Assembly (NCBI RefSeq): GCF_900167395.1
Contig: NZ_FUWK01000018.1
Coordinates: 15,026-47,025, forward strand
Direction: 5' to 3'
Length of the DNA: 32,000 nt
Source: Nitrosomonas europaea
Lineage (GTDB): Bacteria > Pseudomonadota > Gammaproteobacteria > Burkholderiales > Nitrosomonadaceae
Within the stretch, counting starts at the first letter, position 1, and every line of letters starts with the position of its first letter. Shown here piece by piece: positions 1 to 12,093 of this stretch. A program made the position numbers and the translations under genes. The notes beneath the pieces are model-generated. The model searched no databases, was not told where the DNA came from, and saw nothing but the letters and a program-made list of their open reading frames with translations.

Positions 1-815
1 ATCGGAGTGCATTCTGGAGGCAGTGCAGGTAGTCTGCCCAGATCAAAGTAGCTTTCTCCCGGGCCATGATAATCAGATCCACACGATGCATACAGATTCA
101 TGCGGGTGGCCAGTGCCGCAAATTGCCGCGTTTGCTCGGGAGTATGGCTGGATGAGACCACTTCGATTCCTGCTCCTCCCAGTTCACGGAATTCGCAGAG
201 TAACTGCTCGAGCAGGTCATTGCTCAATTTATAGCGAGCTGGATGAGCAATGACTGCCTGACCTCCGCTGCCACGAATCCAGCCGATGGCTTCATCCAGG
301 CTGACCCATACATGGGAGACATGACCGGGTTTACCTTTTACGAGATACTTCTTGAAAACAGACTTTACGTTTTTAGCATATCCCTGACTTACCAGAAATC
401 GGGCAAAGTGAGTGCGGCCGATCAGCCTGCTGATACCCGCCTGGGCGCTGGCACCTTCAAAACTGCCATGAATGCCGAATTTGTCCAGTTGTGCGGCGAT
501 TGCCCGTGCCCGATCCATGCGGCCATCCCGGATCTTCTTCAGTCCTTCGGTCAGTGGTGGATGTTCAGGGTTGATTCCAAGTCCTAAAATATGCAAAGTC
601 CGGCCATGCCAGGTAACAGAGATTTCAACACCACGGATCAATGTGATATTTTCCTGCTGAGCGCTGCGACTGGCCTCACTCAGTCCGGCAATGTCGTCAT
701 GGTCGGTCAGCGCCAGTACATTCACACCGCGCACAGCAGCGTGCGCTAGCAAGCGAGAAGGTGACAGCATACCGTCAGAGATAGTCGAATGGCTGTGCAG
801 ATCAATGTTGGGCAT
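1..815 (-). CDS. PHP-domain metal-dependent phosphoesterase (TrpH/YciV-like); 3' end runs off the window
   Basis: Not in the ORF track because it has no in-window stop. Reverse-complement reading from ATG (complement of 813-815) gives MPNIDLHSHSTISDGMLSPSRLLAHAAVRGVNVLALTDHDDIAGL...VISHPARY-like...GSDYHGPGE. The HSHS...SDG and TDHD motifs are typical of the PHP family. The frame is open for about 271 codons to position 1. Confidence 0.8.
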   Translation of the reverse strand, partial: MPNIDLHSHSTISDGMLSPSRLLAHAAVRGVNVLALTDHDDIAGLSEASRSAQQENITLIRGVEISVTWHGRTLHILGLGINPEHPPLTEGLKKIRDGRMDRARAIAAQLDKFGIHGSFEGASAQAGISRLIGRTHFARFLVSQGYAKNVKSVFKKYLVKGKPGHVSHVWVSLDEAIGWIRGSGGQAVIAHPARYKLSNDLLEQLLCEFRELGGAGIEVVSSSHTPEQTRQFAALATRMNLYASCGSDYHGPGESYFDLGRLPALPPECTP

Positions 816-935
816 CGAGAAGTGTGTAATTACGTGGCTTCTCATCATAGCAAATTACGGCCATGATAAAAATAGCCCGACAGGCGCGGACATGCGTGAG
901 CATCAATTTCTTATTGGGTTTTACAGGAAAATCTT

Positions 936-2174
936 ATGAATAAATCGGGAACAATCTGGAAGTATCTTTCGGCAGCACCTCATCGCAGCCTGTTTCTTAT
1001 GGGAGCTTTTCAGGCGGTGTTGACCATCCTGTGGTGGGTGATAGAACTGGCCGGGCGTGCCGGATTGATGGAAAGCGTAAGTTTTTCGAGCATCATGCCG
1101 ATCTGGGTGCATGGATTTTTGATGGTGTACACATTTTTCCCCTTTTTCATTCTGGGGTTTTTGTTTACTACGTTTCCTAACTGGATGAATGGCGAGAAAA
1201 TCAAGGCCAATCAGTATATGACGGTCTGCCTGCTGATGGCAGCCGGTGTCGTCCTGTTCTATGCCGGACTGATTGCCGGTAAATTTCTGCTATCTGCTGG
1301 ATTGCTGCTGATGCTGTCCGGGTGGGCGTATGCCATTATTATCCTGTTTCATGTGCTGTTTACAGCACCGGCCGGGGATAAGCGCCATGCCTGGGTGGCC
1401 GGTATGGCATTTATTGCCGGATGGCTGGGATTGTGTGCCTATGCGTTGTGGGTGTTGACGGACGGCAGGGAAATGCTGGATTTCTCGCGCCAGGCCGGTA
1501 TCTGGTTCTTTATGCTGCCGATTCTGATGACGGTATCGCACCGGATGATCCCGTTTTTTTCGAGCCGCGTGCTGGAGAATTATGTCGTGGTTCGACCATT
1601 CGGGCTGTTGTGGCTGATGGTTGGTTGTACAGTGGTACACGGCGCACTTCAACTGGCCGGCCTGCAGGAATATGTCTGGTGGGCAGATATGCTGCTTGCC
1701 GGCTGTGCATTTTATCTCAGTTATATCTGGCGGTTTTTCCGCAGTTTTCGTGTGCGACTACTGGCGGTGCTGCATATTTCATTTGCCTGGCTGGGGATTG
1801 CAATGCTGTTTTTCGGATTGCAAGGTATGCTGCTTTGGTTGAGTGACGGCGATCGTTACTGGTTTGGACTGGCGCCGCTGCACATGCTGGCTGTGGGTTA
1901 TTTTGCGAGCATGGTTTTGGGGATGGCGTCACGTGTCACATTGGGCCACGGAGGTTTTCCGCTGGTGTTGGATAATCTCACATGGCTGCTGTTTATTGCT
2001 TTTCAGGTAGTTGTTCTGCTTAGAGTGATTCCGGATATTTTTCCAGGTGTTGCACCCTTGGCGCCCCAGTTTTATCTGATTGCAAGCAGTGTGTGGCTGA
2101 GCTGTTTTCTGCTGTGGGTGATCAAGTATGCGCCAATTTATTGGCGGGCTCGCGTGGATGGCAAAGCCGGTTGA
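936..2174 (+). CDS. nnrS: NnrS-family polytopic membrane protein (NO-stress associated heme/copper protein family)
   Basis: 412 aa and very hydrophobic (about 12 TM). Motifs WVHGFLMVY...ILGFLFTTFPNW, SHRMIPFF and ASRVTLGHGG resemble the NnrS signatures as I remember them (WH.HEM.FGF...GFLLTA..W, RV.LGHTGR). AGGAAA lies 8 nt upstream of the ATG. Confidence 0.7.
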   Translation: MNKSGTIWKYLSAAPHRSLFLMGAFQAVLTILWWVIELAGRAGLMESVSFSSIMPIWVHGFLMVYTFFPFFILGFLFTTFPNWMNGEKIKANQYMTVCLLMAAGVVLFYAGLIAGKFLLSAGLLLMLSGWAYAIIILFHVLFTAPAGDKRHAWVAGMAFIAGWLGLCAYALWVLTDGREMLDFSRQAGIWFFMLPILMTVSHRMIPFFSSRVLENYVVVRPFGLLWLMVGCTVVHGALQLAGLQEYVWWADMLLAGCAFYLSYIWRFFRSFRVRLLAVLHISFAWLGIAMLFFGLQGMLLWLSDGDRYWFGLAPLHMLAVGYFASMVLGMASRVTLGHGGFPLVLDNLTWLLFIAFQVVVLLRVIPDIFPGVAPLAPQFYLIASSVWLSCFLLWVIKYAPIYWRARVDGKAG

Positions 2175-2220
2175 ATTTGTATTTTTACGAAAAAAGAAAG
2201 TACTGCCGGTTTGTTTTCAC

Positions 2221-2271
2221 TGCATAGCCTTTTCCATCGGTGTGGCAATTTTTCGAGGAAAAGGCTATGCA
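2221..2271. repeat. Perfect 15-bp inverted repeat (TGCATAGCCTTTTCC / GGAAAAGGCTATGCA) with a 21-nt loop, between convergent genes
   Basis: Read directly: arms at 2221-2235 and 2257-2271 are exact reverse complements. There is no flanking T-tract on either strand. Confidence 0.8.
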
Positions 2272-2342
2272 TGGCCTCATGTCACATCACCTGAATCTAT
2301 GGGTGGTGATGCTGCTACATGCGCCCTGAATAGAATTTAAAA

Positions 2343-2534
2343 TTAATTCTTTTCTTCTGGTGAAGATGTGTCTTCTGTCGCTTCCTCAGTCTTGTCGAGA
2401 TCAGGGGCAGAATCACGTTCTATAAAAGCAGAGGGAGGTGGTTTTTCCATTGAGTGTCCATCAAGGCTTTTTTTCTCCCCGCAGGCACTTAATGCAATAG
2501 TCGTGCATGCGATCAATAAATATACATATTTCAT
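2343..2534 (-). CDS. Small secreted lipoprotein, acidic C-terminal tail, function unknown
   Basis: 63 aa. N-terminus MKYVYLLIACTTIALSAC has signal peptide plus lipobox (LSAC). A strong SD (GAGGAAAA) sits upstream on the minus strand. Confidence 0.6.
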   Translation of the reverse strand: MKYVYLLIACTTIALSACGEKKSLDGHSMEKPPPSAFIERDSAPDLDKTEEATEDTSSPEEKN

Positions 2535-2819
2535 GGTTTTTTCCTCAAGTTAGTTTGCTGAGAAGCTTTGGATGATAGTATAAGCGCCCGGTTTATACAA
2601 CAGTATGGCTTACGGAAAACGGTACTGGCAGAGTATTCCCGGTGACGGTTTTAATCTGGTGCAGGCAGTTTTTACGGTATTTTCAGCTTTGATATATTCA
2701 TTTTCTACTGCTTTCCATATACCAGGAAGACTCATGCTCTCAATTGAGGCGCTGGCCTGTATTCTTACTATAGCGAGATCGTTTGACGATGGCTTGCTAT
2801 TACCGGTAGCTTAGTCAGT

Positions 2820-3245
2820 ATGGATATTGCCGAGCAATTGATACAAAACGCCGGGAAGCGTTCGACTCCGGTTCGCAGTGCGGTTTTGGGCGTGTTGCTG
2901 AATGCCGAGGATGTGCTTTCCCATAGCGAAGTATTAGAACATCTGCAACAACTTGGTGCATTTGACCGGGTTACTGTATACCGTGCATTGGATTGGCTGG
3001 TTACCCAGGGTTTGGTGCATAAAGTAGCTGGGGCCGGCAGAGCCTGGCGTTTTCAGGTTACACGCAGTGAATCCATGCATCGTCACGCCCACTTTCAATG
3101 TCACCATTGTCATAAAGTTTTTTGCCTTCCGGAGGTTCAGCCGGTTTTGCCAAAAGAGCTGCCCTCTAACTTCTCTATCGATTCCATCGAACTCAATATC
3201 AAGGGTATCTGCGCTGATTGCGGTCGCGCCATGATGAGCCAGTGA
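2820..3245 (+). CDS. zur: Fur-family metalloregulator, Zur-like
   Basis: 141 aa. N-terminal winged helix (RSTPVRSAVLGVLL...VTVYRALDWLVTQGLV), His-rich MHRHAHF, and two CxxC pairs (CHHC, CADC). The Zur subtype is inferred from the adjacent His/Asp-rich TonB-dependent receptor, not proven. Confidence 0.75.
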   Translation: MDIAEQLIQNAGKRSTPVRSAVLGVLLNAEDVLSHSEVLEHLQQLGAFDRVTVYRALDWLVTQGLVHKVAGAGRAWRFQVTRSESMHRHAHFQCHHCHKVFCLPEVQPVLPKELPSNFSIDSIELNIKGICADCGRAMMSQ

Positions 3246-3261
3246 TGTCGTGATATTAATT

Positions 3262-3274
3262 GCAACATAGTTGC
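3262..3274. promoter_or_regulatory. Candidate Fur-family operator 1: palindrome GCAAC-ATA-GTTGC
   Basis: Perfect 5-3-5 palindrome within TTAATTGCAACATAGTTGCGTT. It overlaps a -35-like TTGCGT (3271-3276). Confidence 0.5.
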
Positions 3275-3301
3275 GTTTTGGCTATTGTTGTGTCTATAAT
3301 T

Positions 3302-3314
3302 GCAACAATGTTGC
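3302..3314. promoter_or_regulatory. Candidate Fur-family operator 2: palindrome GCAAC-AAT-GTTGC, just downstream of a TATAAT -10 box (3295-3300)
   Basis: Perfect 5-3-5 palindrome within ATAATTGCAACAATGTTGCGGC. This is 19 of 22 nt identical to site 1 and lies exactly 40 bp from it. TTGCGT-N18-TATAAT forms a plausible sigma-70 promoter. Confidence 0.5.
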
Positions 3315-3489
3315 GGCTATGGGGTTTCTGCAGGTACGCACCAACCGAATCATACATCTGCCCCGGATAGGGGTATTTATGCAGTATTTCTTCCTCCGTG
3401 TCTGTTTTTGTCATCTGTTGCTGGTATCAACAGGCAATTGGGTGTTGACATGTAAAAAACGATAAATAAAAACCGGGAAACATAAATAA

Positions 3490-5640
<2,151 letters not shown>

Positions 5641-5835
5641 GGCTGATTGGTTGCGGATCTTTTATCTGGGATGTTATGCACTTATCATGCCGGGCAATGG
5701 TTTAATAACTTATTAAATTTTATAGACTTTATTCGTTTACAGTTTGGTAAAACGGCAAATGTGCTAAACTTAAATGATTGTTTGCATATCTGGCTGTTTT
5801 CTTTGGAAGTGCGATCCCTGAGAGATGTCGTAAAA

Positions 5836-6150
5836 ATGAAACTCATTTTATCCATCATGATACTTTCTGGTTGCCTGCTGTTTATATTGGCTGGCTGTGC
5901 CAGAAAAAACGACTATATGCCCCCGGCAGGGGCGACAGGTGAAAAAATCTTCAAGGGAGCCTGCGTGCAGTGTCATACACCAGTGAATGGCAAGGTAATG
6001 ATACTGAGATCCGAGATGGCCAATAAGGAGGCCATTATTGAAAGAGTAACGAACGGAAAGGGATTCGGTATGCCTGCTTTTCCAAATTTGACGGGAGATT
6101 CAGTGCAGAATCTGGCGGAGTATGTGCTGGAGAACAGTGTCACCCGATAA
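5836..6150 (+). CDS. Small class-I c-type cytochrome, lipoprotein
   Basis: I use the internal ATG at 5836 of track ORF 5647..6150. MKLILSIMILSGCLLFILAGC has signal peptide plus lipobox, with heme motif CVQCH and distal GMPAF Met ligand. 104 aa. Confidence 0.75.
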   Translation: MKLILSIMILSGCLLFILAGCARKNDYMPPAGATGEKIFKGACVQCHTPVNGKVMILRSEMANKEAIIERVTNGKGFGMPAFPNLTGDSVQNLAEYVLENSVTR

Positions 6151-6217
6151 TCAGGATCGAATCGGATTTTCCTGAGACAATCGTACTAAAATTTCCTGAC
6201 GAAGGTAGGAGTCAGCT

Positions 6218-6961
6218 TTGCATAACTGCGCAATACCCGGCCACCCCACGGCACCACAACAAAGATCCAGCTGTACGACATGCAGCCTTCGTGAATTGTG
6301 TCTGCCGGTGGGGTTGACTGATGAAGAAATAGAGTATGTTGGCAATCTGACCAACCATAAGCTCAGAGTACGGCGGGGGGAATATCTGTTGCATGCCGGG
6401 GCTGATTTCAGATCTCTCTATGCCGTAAAAAATGGCTCTTTCAAGACCTATACCTTGAGAGTGGATGGACGCCAGCAGGTGACCGGTTTCTACATGACCG
6501 GCGAGTTGCTGGGCCTGGATGCGATCAGTCCGGAGAAGCATACCTGCGACACAGTTGCGCTCGTCGACAGTGAAGTTTGTGAAGTACCTTTCATAAAACT
6601 TGAAGAGATCGGACGAAGTATTCCTTCGCTGATGAGCCAGTTCCACAAGATCATGAGTCGTGAAATTGTGCAGGATAGAGGAGTGATGATGCTTCTGGGC
6701 AGTATGCGGGCGGAAGAGAGACTGGCTGCATTTTTGCTCAATCTGTCCACTCGTCTGGCCAGGCGAGGGTACTCGTCGACCGATTTTATTTTGCGAGCGA
6801 CCAGAGAAGATATCGGCAGTTATCTGGGACTCAAGCTGGAAACGGTCAGCCGGTCGTTTTCCAAACTGCAGGAAGAAGGTCTTATCACGGTTAACAACAA
6901 GCATGTCACCTTGCATGATCTCGGCAAACTGAATCGTATGATCGGCAATTCGATGGATTGA
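6218..6961 (+). CDS. fnr: Fnr/Anr-type oxygen-sensing Crp-family transcription factor
   Basis: 247 aa. N-terminal Cys cluster C-X2-C-X5-C (SSCTTCSLRELC) plus central Cys (KHTCD), a cNMP-like beta-roll, and HTH ...TREDIGSYLGLKLETVSRSFSKL with the E--SR recognition motif. Confidence 0.9.
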   Translation: MHNCAIPGHPTAPQQRSSCTTCSLRELCLPVGLTDEEIEYVGNLTNHKLRVRRGEYLLHAGADFRSLYAVKNGSFKTYTLRVDGRQQVTGFYMTGELLGLDAISPEKHTCDTVALVDSEVCEVPFIKLEEIGRSIPSLMSQFHKIMSREIVQDRGVMMLLGSMRAEERLAAFLLNLSTRLARRGYSSTDFILRATREDIGSYLGLKLETVSRSFSKLQEEGLITVNNKHVTLHDLGKLNRMIGNSMD

Positions 6962-7058
6962 TCAGAGGTTCTCAGTGGTGTTGCAGGATGACTTTTCTTG
7001 AGTGCAGAGTGTGCCATGTTATAATCGCGCGCGCTCCTGGTCTGTTTATATAGGTAGC

Positions 7059-7085
7059 AATTTCCCGGAGCGGGAAATTTTTTTA
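7059..7085 (+). terminator. Rho-independent terminator downstream of fnr
   Basis: AATTTCCCG-GAG-CGGGAAATT (9-bp stem, 3-nt loop) followed by TTTTTT. Confidence 0.75.
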
Positions 7086-7186
7086 TTAACCTTTTTAATA
7101 CACAATCTACAACGCACACTTATCAGGATAGGGTGTCTTCGTAAGGAAGTATGTCGATAAGTTGCGGTTAACCCTAAGGAGAGTTC

Positions 7187-7942
7187 ATGTCAGTTACTAT
7201 GCGGCAAATGTTGGAAGCGGGCGTTCACTTTGGTCATCAGACCCGTTTCTGGAATCCGAAAATGGCCCCCTATATTTTCGGCCAGCGTAATAAGATCCAT
7301 ATCGTTAATCTTGAGCATACGCTCGTAATGCTCAGAGAGGCGCTGGACTATGCCCGCCGATTGACAGCAAACAAGGGAACGATTCTTTTCGTGGGAACCA
7401 AACGCCAGGCCCGTGACATCGTCATGGAAGAAGCAATACGATGTGGTGCTCCTTACGTCAATCAGCGCTGGCTGGGCGGGATGTTGACCAATTTCAAAAC
7501 GATCAGGCAGTCGATCAAACGCCTGCAGGATATGGAGAAAATGGTACAGGACGGGACGCTGAACAAACTTACGAAGAAAGAAGCTCTTGATTTTCAGCGT
7601 GAATTGGAAAAGCTGAATAACAGTCTTGGTGGTATCAAGGAAATGAAAGGTTTACCGGATGCGATGTTTGTGATCGATGTCGGTTATCAGAAAGGTGCAA
7701 TCGTGGAAGCGGACAAGCTGGGGATTCCGGTTGTGGGCGTGGTGGATACCAATCACAGTCCGGCAGGTGTCCGGTATGTGGTGCCGGGTAACGATGATTC
7801 CAGTCAGGCTATACGGCTTTATGCGCGTGCGATGGCGGATGCCATTCTGGAAGGACGTAACCAGTCCGTGCAGGAAATTATCGAAATGAGTAAGTCTGAC
7901 GATGAAATCATGTCGGGTAGAGATCAATCTGCGGGTGCGTGA
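7187..7942 (+). CDS. rpsB: 30S ribosomal protein S2
   Basis: [19 protein letters not shown]...; SD AAGGAG upstream; followed by tsf. Confidence 0.97.
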   Translation: MSVTMRQMLEAGVHFGHQTRFWNPKMAPYIFGQRNKIHIVNLEHTLVMLREALDYARRLTANKGTILFVGTKRQARDIVMEEAIRCGAPYVNQRWLGGMLTNFKTIRQSIKRLQDMEKMVQDGTLNKLTKKEALDFQRELEKLNNSLGGIKEMKGLPDAMFVIDVGYQKGAIVEADKLGIPVVGVVDTNHSPAGVRYVVPGNDDSSQAIRLYARAMADAILEGRNQSVQEIIEMSKSDDEIMSGRDQSAGA

Positions 7943-8016
7943 GTAAACACGCTGTCAGCGCACTTTCTGAATAAGAGCATTCGAAATTTTTCGTATTAAC
8001 TTGATTTGGAGTCAGT

Positions 8017-8901
8017 ATGGCGGAAATTACCGCAAGCATGGTTAAAGAACTGCGTGAGCTTACCGGCCTTGGCATGATGGAGTGCAAGAAGGCGCTGGTC
8101 GAAGCTGACGGAGACATGAAAGCAGCTGAGGATTTGTTACGAATCAGAAGCGGAGCCAAGGCGAGTAAAGCGGCTGGCCGTATTGCTGCAGAAGGAGTCA
8201 TCAGCGGGTTTGTTACGGCGGATGGCAAACAGGGAGCCCTGGTGGAAGTCAACTGTGAAACCGACTTTGTTGCCAAGAATGAAGATTTCATCAATTTTGC
8301 CGGCAATCTGGCAAGGCTGATGGCAGACAAAAATATATCGGATACAGCGTTGCTGGAGGATATGTCTATAGCTGAGGGAGAAACGGTTGAGTCTGTCCGC
8401 AAGGCTCTGGTCATGAAGCTGGGCGAGAATATCAGTATCCGCCGCGGAATCAGCTACCAGACTAAAGATCATCTCGCAATGTATCTGCATGGAAGCAGAA
8501 TCGGTGTGATGATTGACTATGCAGGGGGCGATGAGGCGCTGGGTAAGGATCTGGCCATGCATATAGCGGCCAGCAAGCCGGTGTGTGTATCCAGCGATCA
8601 GGTACCTGCCGACGCACTTGAGCGTGAGCGCCAGATATTTACCGCCCAGGCGGCAGAAAGCGGCAAACCTGCCAATATCATCGAGAAAATGGTAGAAGGA
8701 CGAATTGCCAAGTATCTGGCAGAGGTGACTTTACTTGGCCAGCCTTTCGTCAAAGATCCGGATCAGACTATCGAGAAATTGTTAAAGACAAAATCTGCCA
8801 AAGTCAGTGGGTTTACGCTGTATATCGTTGGTGAAGGGATCGAGAAGAAATCCGATGATTTTGCGGCCGAGGTCATGGCGCAGGTAACCCAGTCCAAATA
8901 A
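8017..8901 (+). CDS. tsf: Translation elongation factor Ts
   Basis: [27 protein letters not shown]... canonical EF-Ts N-terminus; 294 aa. Confidence 0.97.
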
Positions 8902-9055
8902 GAAGGTTTTCTTCTGGGGATTGGTTTGGTTTTAGTTGAATTCAAGAAAATAATGACTGATCGTCATGAGCAGGTTGGCTTTTTTAGCGTTGAAAGCCAC
9001 GACATGCTTGATCTCCAGAAGAACTTTACGATAAATCTCCTGTTCATAGGCATGT

Positions 9056-9769
9056 ATGCCAGTCGTCTATAAACGTATTTTATTGAAATTGTCGGGCGAA
9101 GCTCTGATGGGCGATGGCCACTATGGCATCGATCGCGCGGTAGTTGAACATATCGTAGTCGAGGTTGCTGGAGTATTGCAGCTCGGTGTTGAAGTTGCGA
9201 TCGTGGTAGGCGGAGGCAATATTTTTCGTGGTATGAAATCTGCGGGAGATGGAATGGATCGTGTAACGGCTGATTATATGGGGATGCTCGCTACCACCAT
9301 GAATGCCTTGGCCTTGCACGATGCGATGAGACGAAACGGGGTTGTTTCACGTGTGCAGTCAGCTTTACGGATAGATCAGGTTGTCGAGCCTTATGTTCGT
9401 GGTAAGGCTTTGCGTTATCTGGATGAACGTAAAGTGGTCGTGTTCGCTGCGGGGACGGGCAATCCCTTTTTTACTACGGATACGGCGGCTGCTTTGCGTG
9501 GCATGGAGATGAATGCCAATATCGTCCTGAAAGCGACCAAGGTGGATGGGATCTATACTAGTGATCCGCTGAAGAACAAGGATGCGCAGCGTTTCCAGAG
9601 CCTGACTTTCGATGAGGCGATCAGTAAAAACCTGCAAGTGATGGATGCTACTGCACTGACTTTATGCCGGGATCAGAAACTTCCCATCAACGTATTCAGT
9701 ATTTTCAAGACCGGGGCACTCAAACGGGTTATCATGGGCGAGGACGAAGGGACATCGGTATTCGTTTGA
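9056..9769 (+). CDS. pyrH: UMP kinase
   Basis: [13 protein letters not shown]...[10 protein letters not shown]... motifs; 237 aa; expected synteny. Confidence 0.95.
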   Translation: MPVVYKRILLKLSGEALMGDGHYGIDRAVVEHIVVEVAGVLQLGVEVAIVVGGGNIFRGMKSAGDGMDRVTADYMGMLATTMNALALHDAMRRNGVVSRVQSALRIDQVVEPYVRGKALRYLDERKVVVFAAGTGNPFFTTDTAAALRGMEMNANIVLKATKVDGIYTSDPLKNKDAQRFQSLTFDEAISKNLQVMDATALTLCRDQKLPINVFSIFKTGALKRVIMGEDEGTSVFV

Positions 9770-9874
9770 ATTCTGCGATGTCTGCGGGAATGGTTTTATG
9801 TTATTAGCACAATAACGGCGGGGTCTGTGCCGGTTGCTGTCGATACACTTCAATATCAATAAACCCACTTAAAT

Positions 9875-10432
9875 ATGATTGCTGATGTAAAAAAATCTGC
9901 AGAGCAGAAAATGCAGAAAAGCCTGGATGCACTCAAAGTCGATTTCAGTAAGGTAAGAAGCGGACGTCCCCACACGGGCTTGCTGGATCACATCATGGTT
10001 GATTATTACGGTACCCCGACTCCGATCAAACAATTGGCCAACGTGACCTTGGCTGATGCACGAACCATTGGTATCATCCCGTGGGATAAAAAAATATTCT
10101 CAGCGATTGAGAAAGCGATACGTGATTCCGATCTAGGCCTGAATCCTATGACGGTAAGTGATATGGTACGGGTTCCCATGCCTCCTTTGACAGAAGAAAG
10201 GCGCAAGGATCTGACTAAAATAGTCAAAACGGAGGCTGAAGCTGCACGTGTTGCGATGAGGAATATTCGGCGTGATGCCAATGCCCATCTGAAAGAATTA
10301 CTGAAGGATAAGTTGATTGCCGAAGATGAGGATCGGCGTGCACAAGATGAAATCCAGAAATTGACAGATCGTTATATTGCTGAGGTGGATAAGTTACTTC
10401 AGACCAAAGAAGCAGAACTGATGGCTGTCTGA
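9875..10432 (+). CDS. frr: Ribosome recycling factor
   Basis: 185 aa; ...[23 protein letters not shown]...LTEERRKDL...; expected synteny. Confidence 0.96.
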   Translation: MIADVKKSAEQKMQKSLDALKVDFSKVRSGRPHTGLLDHIMVDYYGTPTPIKQLANVTLADARTIGIIPWDKKIFSAIEKAIRDSDLGLNPMTVSDMVRVPMPPLTEERRKDLTKIVKTEAEAARVAMRNIRRDANAHLKELLKDKLIAEDEDRRAQDEIQKLTDRYIAEVDKLLQTKEAELMAV

Positions 10433-10435
10433 TTC

Positions 10436-11227
10436 ATGCCCCTAACCCCAAGTTCGACACGTGGAATTCCGGAAACCGGTGCGATACCCAAGCACATCGC
10501 CATTATTATGGATGGTAATGGGCGATGGGCCAGGAAGCGTTTCCTGCCAAGGATAGCGGGGCATACGCAGGGTGTTGAAGCGGTACGAGGTACAATCAAA
10601 GCCTGTATCGAGAGAGGTGTTTCACATCTGACAATTTTCGCGTTTAGCAGCGAAAATTGGCGCAGGCCCGCAGAAGAAGTCAAGTTGCTGATGCAGTTGT
10701 TTTTGGCTGCACTTGAACGGGAGGTGACTGGACTGCATGAAAATGGAGTCCGGTTCAGGGTAATTGGTGATATTTCAAAATTCGATCCTAAAATAGTCGA
10801 TTTTGTTCAACAGGGCGAGGCGCTTACAGCCGGGAATAGCCGATTGAATTTTACGGTGGCAGCAAATTATGGAGGGCGCTGGGATATCATGCAGGCTGTA
10901 CGCAAAATGATTACCGAGAACCCGGATTCAGCTGTGACTTTCGATGAGCCTGATATTGCCAGGCACTTGGCACTGGCCGATGCTCCCGAGCCGGATTTGT
11001 TCATCCGGACGGGAGGTGAATGTCGGATCAGTAATTTTCTGCTTTGGCAGCTTGCCTATACCGAGTTGTATTTTACCGATACGTTATGGCCGGATTTTGA
11101 TGCATCGGCCCTTGATGAGGCAATTGCATCCTACCGGAAGCGTGAGCGCCGGTTCGGGCGGACAAGTGAACAGATTGCCGGCCAGCAGGAAAATAAAAAT
11201 ACGGTCTCGAACGAAGACCGGGTTTAA
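10436..11227 (+). CDS. uppS: Undecaprenyl-diphosphate synthase (cis-isoprenyl transferase)
   Basis: [13 protein letters not shown]...[11 protein letters not shown]...[15 protein letters not shown] motifs. Confidence 0.95.
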   Translation: MPLTPSSTRGIPETGAIPKHIAIIMDGNGRWARKRFLPRIAGHTQGVEAVRGTIKACIERGVSHLTIFAFSSENWRRPAEEVKLLMQLFLAALEREVTGLHENGVRFRVIGDISKFDPKIVDFVQQGEALTAGNSRLNFTVAANYGGRWDIMQAVRKMITENPDSAVTFDEPDIARHLALADAPEPDLFIRTGGECRISNFLLWQLAYTELYFTDTLWPDFDASALDEAIASYRKRERRFGRTSEQIAGQQENKNTVSNEDRV

Positions 11228-11265
11228 CCGTCCCATTATCCAACCAACGGGATTTACCCGTTTTC

Positions 11266-12093
11266 ATGCTTAGTACCCGACTCCTTACCGCATTCATACT
11301 ATTGACCGCCTTCCTGGCGGCATTATTTTATCTGCCGGATATTTTCTGGGCTGTATTGCTTCTGGGACTGACTGTTACTGCGGCACGGGAGTGGTGCCGC
11401 CTGGGGCAGTTTTCAGTTGGCCAGACTGTTCTGTATATGATCCTGACTACCTTGCTGGGGGGGGAACTGCTCTTTCTGGTCAGTGTGGTGTTATCCAAAA
11501 ATCCGGCAGATTCATCGATGGTCTGGTTTTATGCCGCATCTGCCGTTTTCTGGCTGCTGGCAGTACCTTTCCAGTTGGCGATGAACCGGCCGATCCGTAA
11601 TATATGGGTGCTCATGTCCATTGGCTGGCTGGTTTTACTGCCGGCATGCCTGTCGCTCTATCAGCTTCGTGCAATGGATCCGCTGTTGCTGCTTGGGTTT
11701 ATGGGGGTGGTGTGGGTATCAGACAGTGTTGCTTATTTCATCGGGCGTGCCTATGGCAAACACAAGCTTGCACCCCGGATCAGCCCGGGCAAAACCTGGG
11801 AAGGAGTAGCTGCCGCACTGATCGGGGTACTGGTTTATGCTCTGATCTGGTTTTATTCGGTACATAAAGATCAGGCATTGGTTGGCTGGTTGATTCCTCT
11901 GTTACTCCTGCTTGCGGTGCTGGGAATAGTGGGTGATTTGTATGAATCACTGTTGAAACGGCAGGCCGGTGTCAAGGATAGTGGCACCATACTTCCCGGT
12001 CATGGCGGGGTATTGGACCGTATTGATGCATTACTGCCCGTTCTTCCCGTTGCCGCTCTTGCGGCCATTTTATTTTATTCGACTGAATCATGA
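11266..12093 (+). CDS. cdsA: Phosphatidate cytidylyltransferase
   Basis: Polytopic, 275 aa. C-terminal signature [31 protein letters not shown] overlap with dxr. Confidence 0.93.
   Translation: MLSTRLLTAFILLTAFLAALFYLPDIFWAVLLLGLTVTAAREWCRLGQFSVGQTVLYMILTTLLGGELLFLVSVVLSKNPADSSMVWFYAASAVFWLLAVPFQLAMNRPIRNIWVLMSIGWLVLLPACLSLYQLRAMDPLLLLGFMGVVWVSDSVAYFIGRAYGKHKLAPRISPGKTWEGVAAALIGVLVYALIWFYSVHKDQALVGWLIPLLLLLAVLGIVGDLYESLLKRQAGVKDSGTILPGHGGVLDRIDALLPVLPVAALAAILFYSTES

Noticed and set aside
892-906. Possible FNR/Dnr box upstream of nnrS (..TGCGTGAGCATCAA)
   Set aside because: Only the right half-site ATCAA matches. The left half (TGCGT) matches TTGAT at 2 of 5 positions.
23-939. Four plus-strand track ORFs (23..253, 243..587, 472..660, 691..939)
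   Set aside because: They lie antisense to a continuous, motif-rich PHP-domain reading frame on the minus strand (1..815). Their translations have no recognisable features.
2605-2814. 69-aa plus-strand ORF upstream of the Fur-family gene, and the 70-aa ORF at 2128..2340
   Set aside because: No SD, no recognisable motifs, and 2128..2340 overlaps the end of nnrS. Treated as intergenic.
3445-3472. Second promoter-like TTGACA-N16-TAAAAA just before the receptor start codon
   Set aside because: The -10 box is poor, and the resulting leader would be too short to include a ribosome-binding site. The upstream TATAAT promoter flanked by the palindromes is more convincing.
8902-9055. Possible small RNA or terminator between tsf and pyrH (AGAAG-GTTTT-CTTCT; GGCTTT...AAAGCC)
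   Set aside because: The stems are only 5-6 bp and lack convincing U-tracts. Nothing resembles a tRNA or a known RNA family.
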